NCBI GenBank assembly: GCA_009602725.1
Contig: WELB01000004.1
Location: 161,542 to 181,547, forward strand
Direction: 5' to 3'
DNA: 20,006 bases
Source: Spirogloea muscicola
Lineage: Eukaryota
Below the pieces are notes generated by a model that was given only the letters and a program-made list of their open reading frames with translations, made no database searches and was not told the origin of the DNA. The position numbers and the translations under genes are program-made. Positions 19,763 through 20,006 of this stretch are shown here, in pieces. Each line of letters starts with the position of its first letter. Position 1 is the stretch's first letter.

Positions 19763-20006
19763 ATGGCCCGCCCCCTGTCCTTGCTCTGCGCCGCCGCAGC
19801 TAGGTCTGGCGGGCCCTCGGCTTGGCGCCCGCAGCGTGACAGCGAAGGCAATGAGCGCGGGTTCCCAGCTGAGGCTCTCGCTGCCTGCCGCAGAAGCGGC
19901 GCAGGAGCGGCAGCGGCGGCGGCCAGCGAGCGCTCCGGCCGCCCGGGCCGCCACGCGCGGCGGGGCCTGCTTGTGCTGGAGTCTCAGCGCCCGCCCCCGC
20001 CACGCT
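19763..20006 (+). CDS. Probable first exon of an unidentified gene divergent from POLD3 (organellar transit-peptide-like N-terminus); 3' partial
   Basis: GCCATGG start context (similar to VPS35 and POLD3); frame open to the window edge (MARPLSLLCAAAARSGGPSAWRPQR...RHARRGLLVLESQRPPPPR); A/R/S/G-rich; GC-rich like the other gene 5' ends. No recognisable domain. Confidence 0.5.
   Translation, partial: MARPLSLLCAAAARSGGPSAWRPQRDSEGNERGFPAEALAACRRSGAGAAAAAASERSGRPGRHARRGLLVLESQRPPPPR

Noticed and set aside
19821..19830. E2F-like CTTGGCGCCC upstream of POLD3
   Set aside because: Imperfect match to TTTSSCGS in very GC-rich, probably coding sequence; cannot be supported.
1..20006. Functional gene cluster, CRISPR array, tRNA/rRNA/snRNA gene or transposon
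   Set aside because: The four genes act in unrelated housekeeping pathways. I saw no spaced repeats, structured RNA signatures, terminal repeats or transposase/RT motifs, although small intronic ncRNAs cannot be excluded without an Rfam search.

Overview
Intron-rich, gene-dense eukaryotic nuclear DNA from a green plant-lineage organism, most likely a streptophyte alga (inference from land-plant-like proteins, a plastid-type LeuD, TTTAGGG-like repeats and a U12-type intron). I spliced four genes by hand with consistent intron phases. (1) The 5' part of midasin/MDN1 (minus, 18 visible exons, AAA1 and AAA2; start lost in a 430-N gap; runs off the left edge). (2) A 3-isopropylmalate dehydratase small subunit (plus, 4 exons, start in the same gap). 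(3) A complete 22-exon VPS35 (minus, 795 aa). (4) POLD3/CDC27 (minus, 7 exons), with an internal reading-frame break. A fifth gene probably starts at 19763 (plus). About 2.1 kb between VPS35 and POLD3 is unexplained. The notable signals are at the splicing and genome-architecture level: a U12-type intron with a deviant donor, a GC-AG intron, telomere-like repeats near the 3' ends of two introns (one intron flanked by a 9-bp direct repeat), the POLD3 frame break and a Q-to-K PIP box. I see no evidence for a novel multi-gene system, CRISPR array, RNA gene or transposon.
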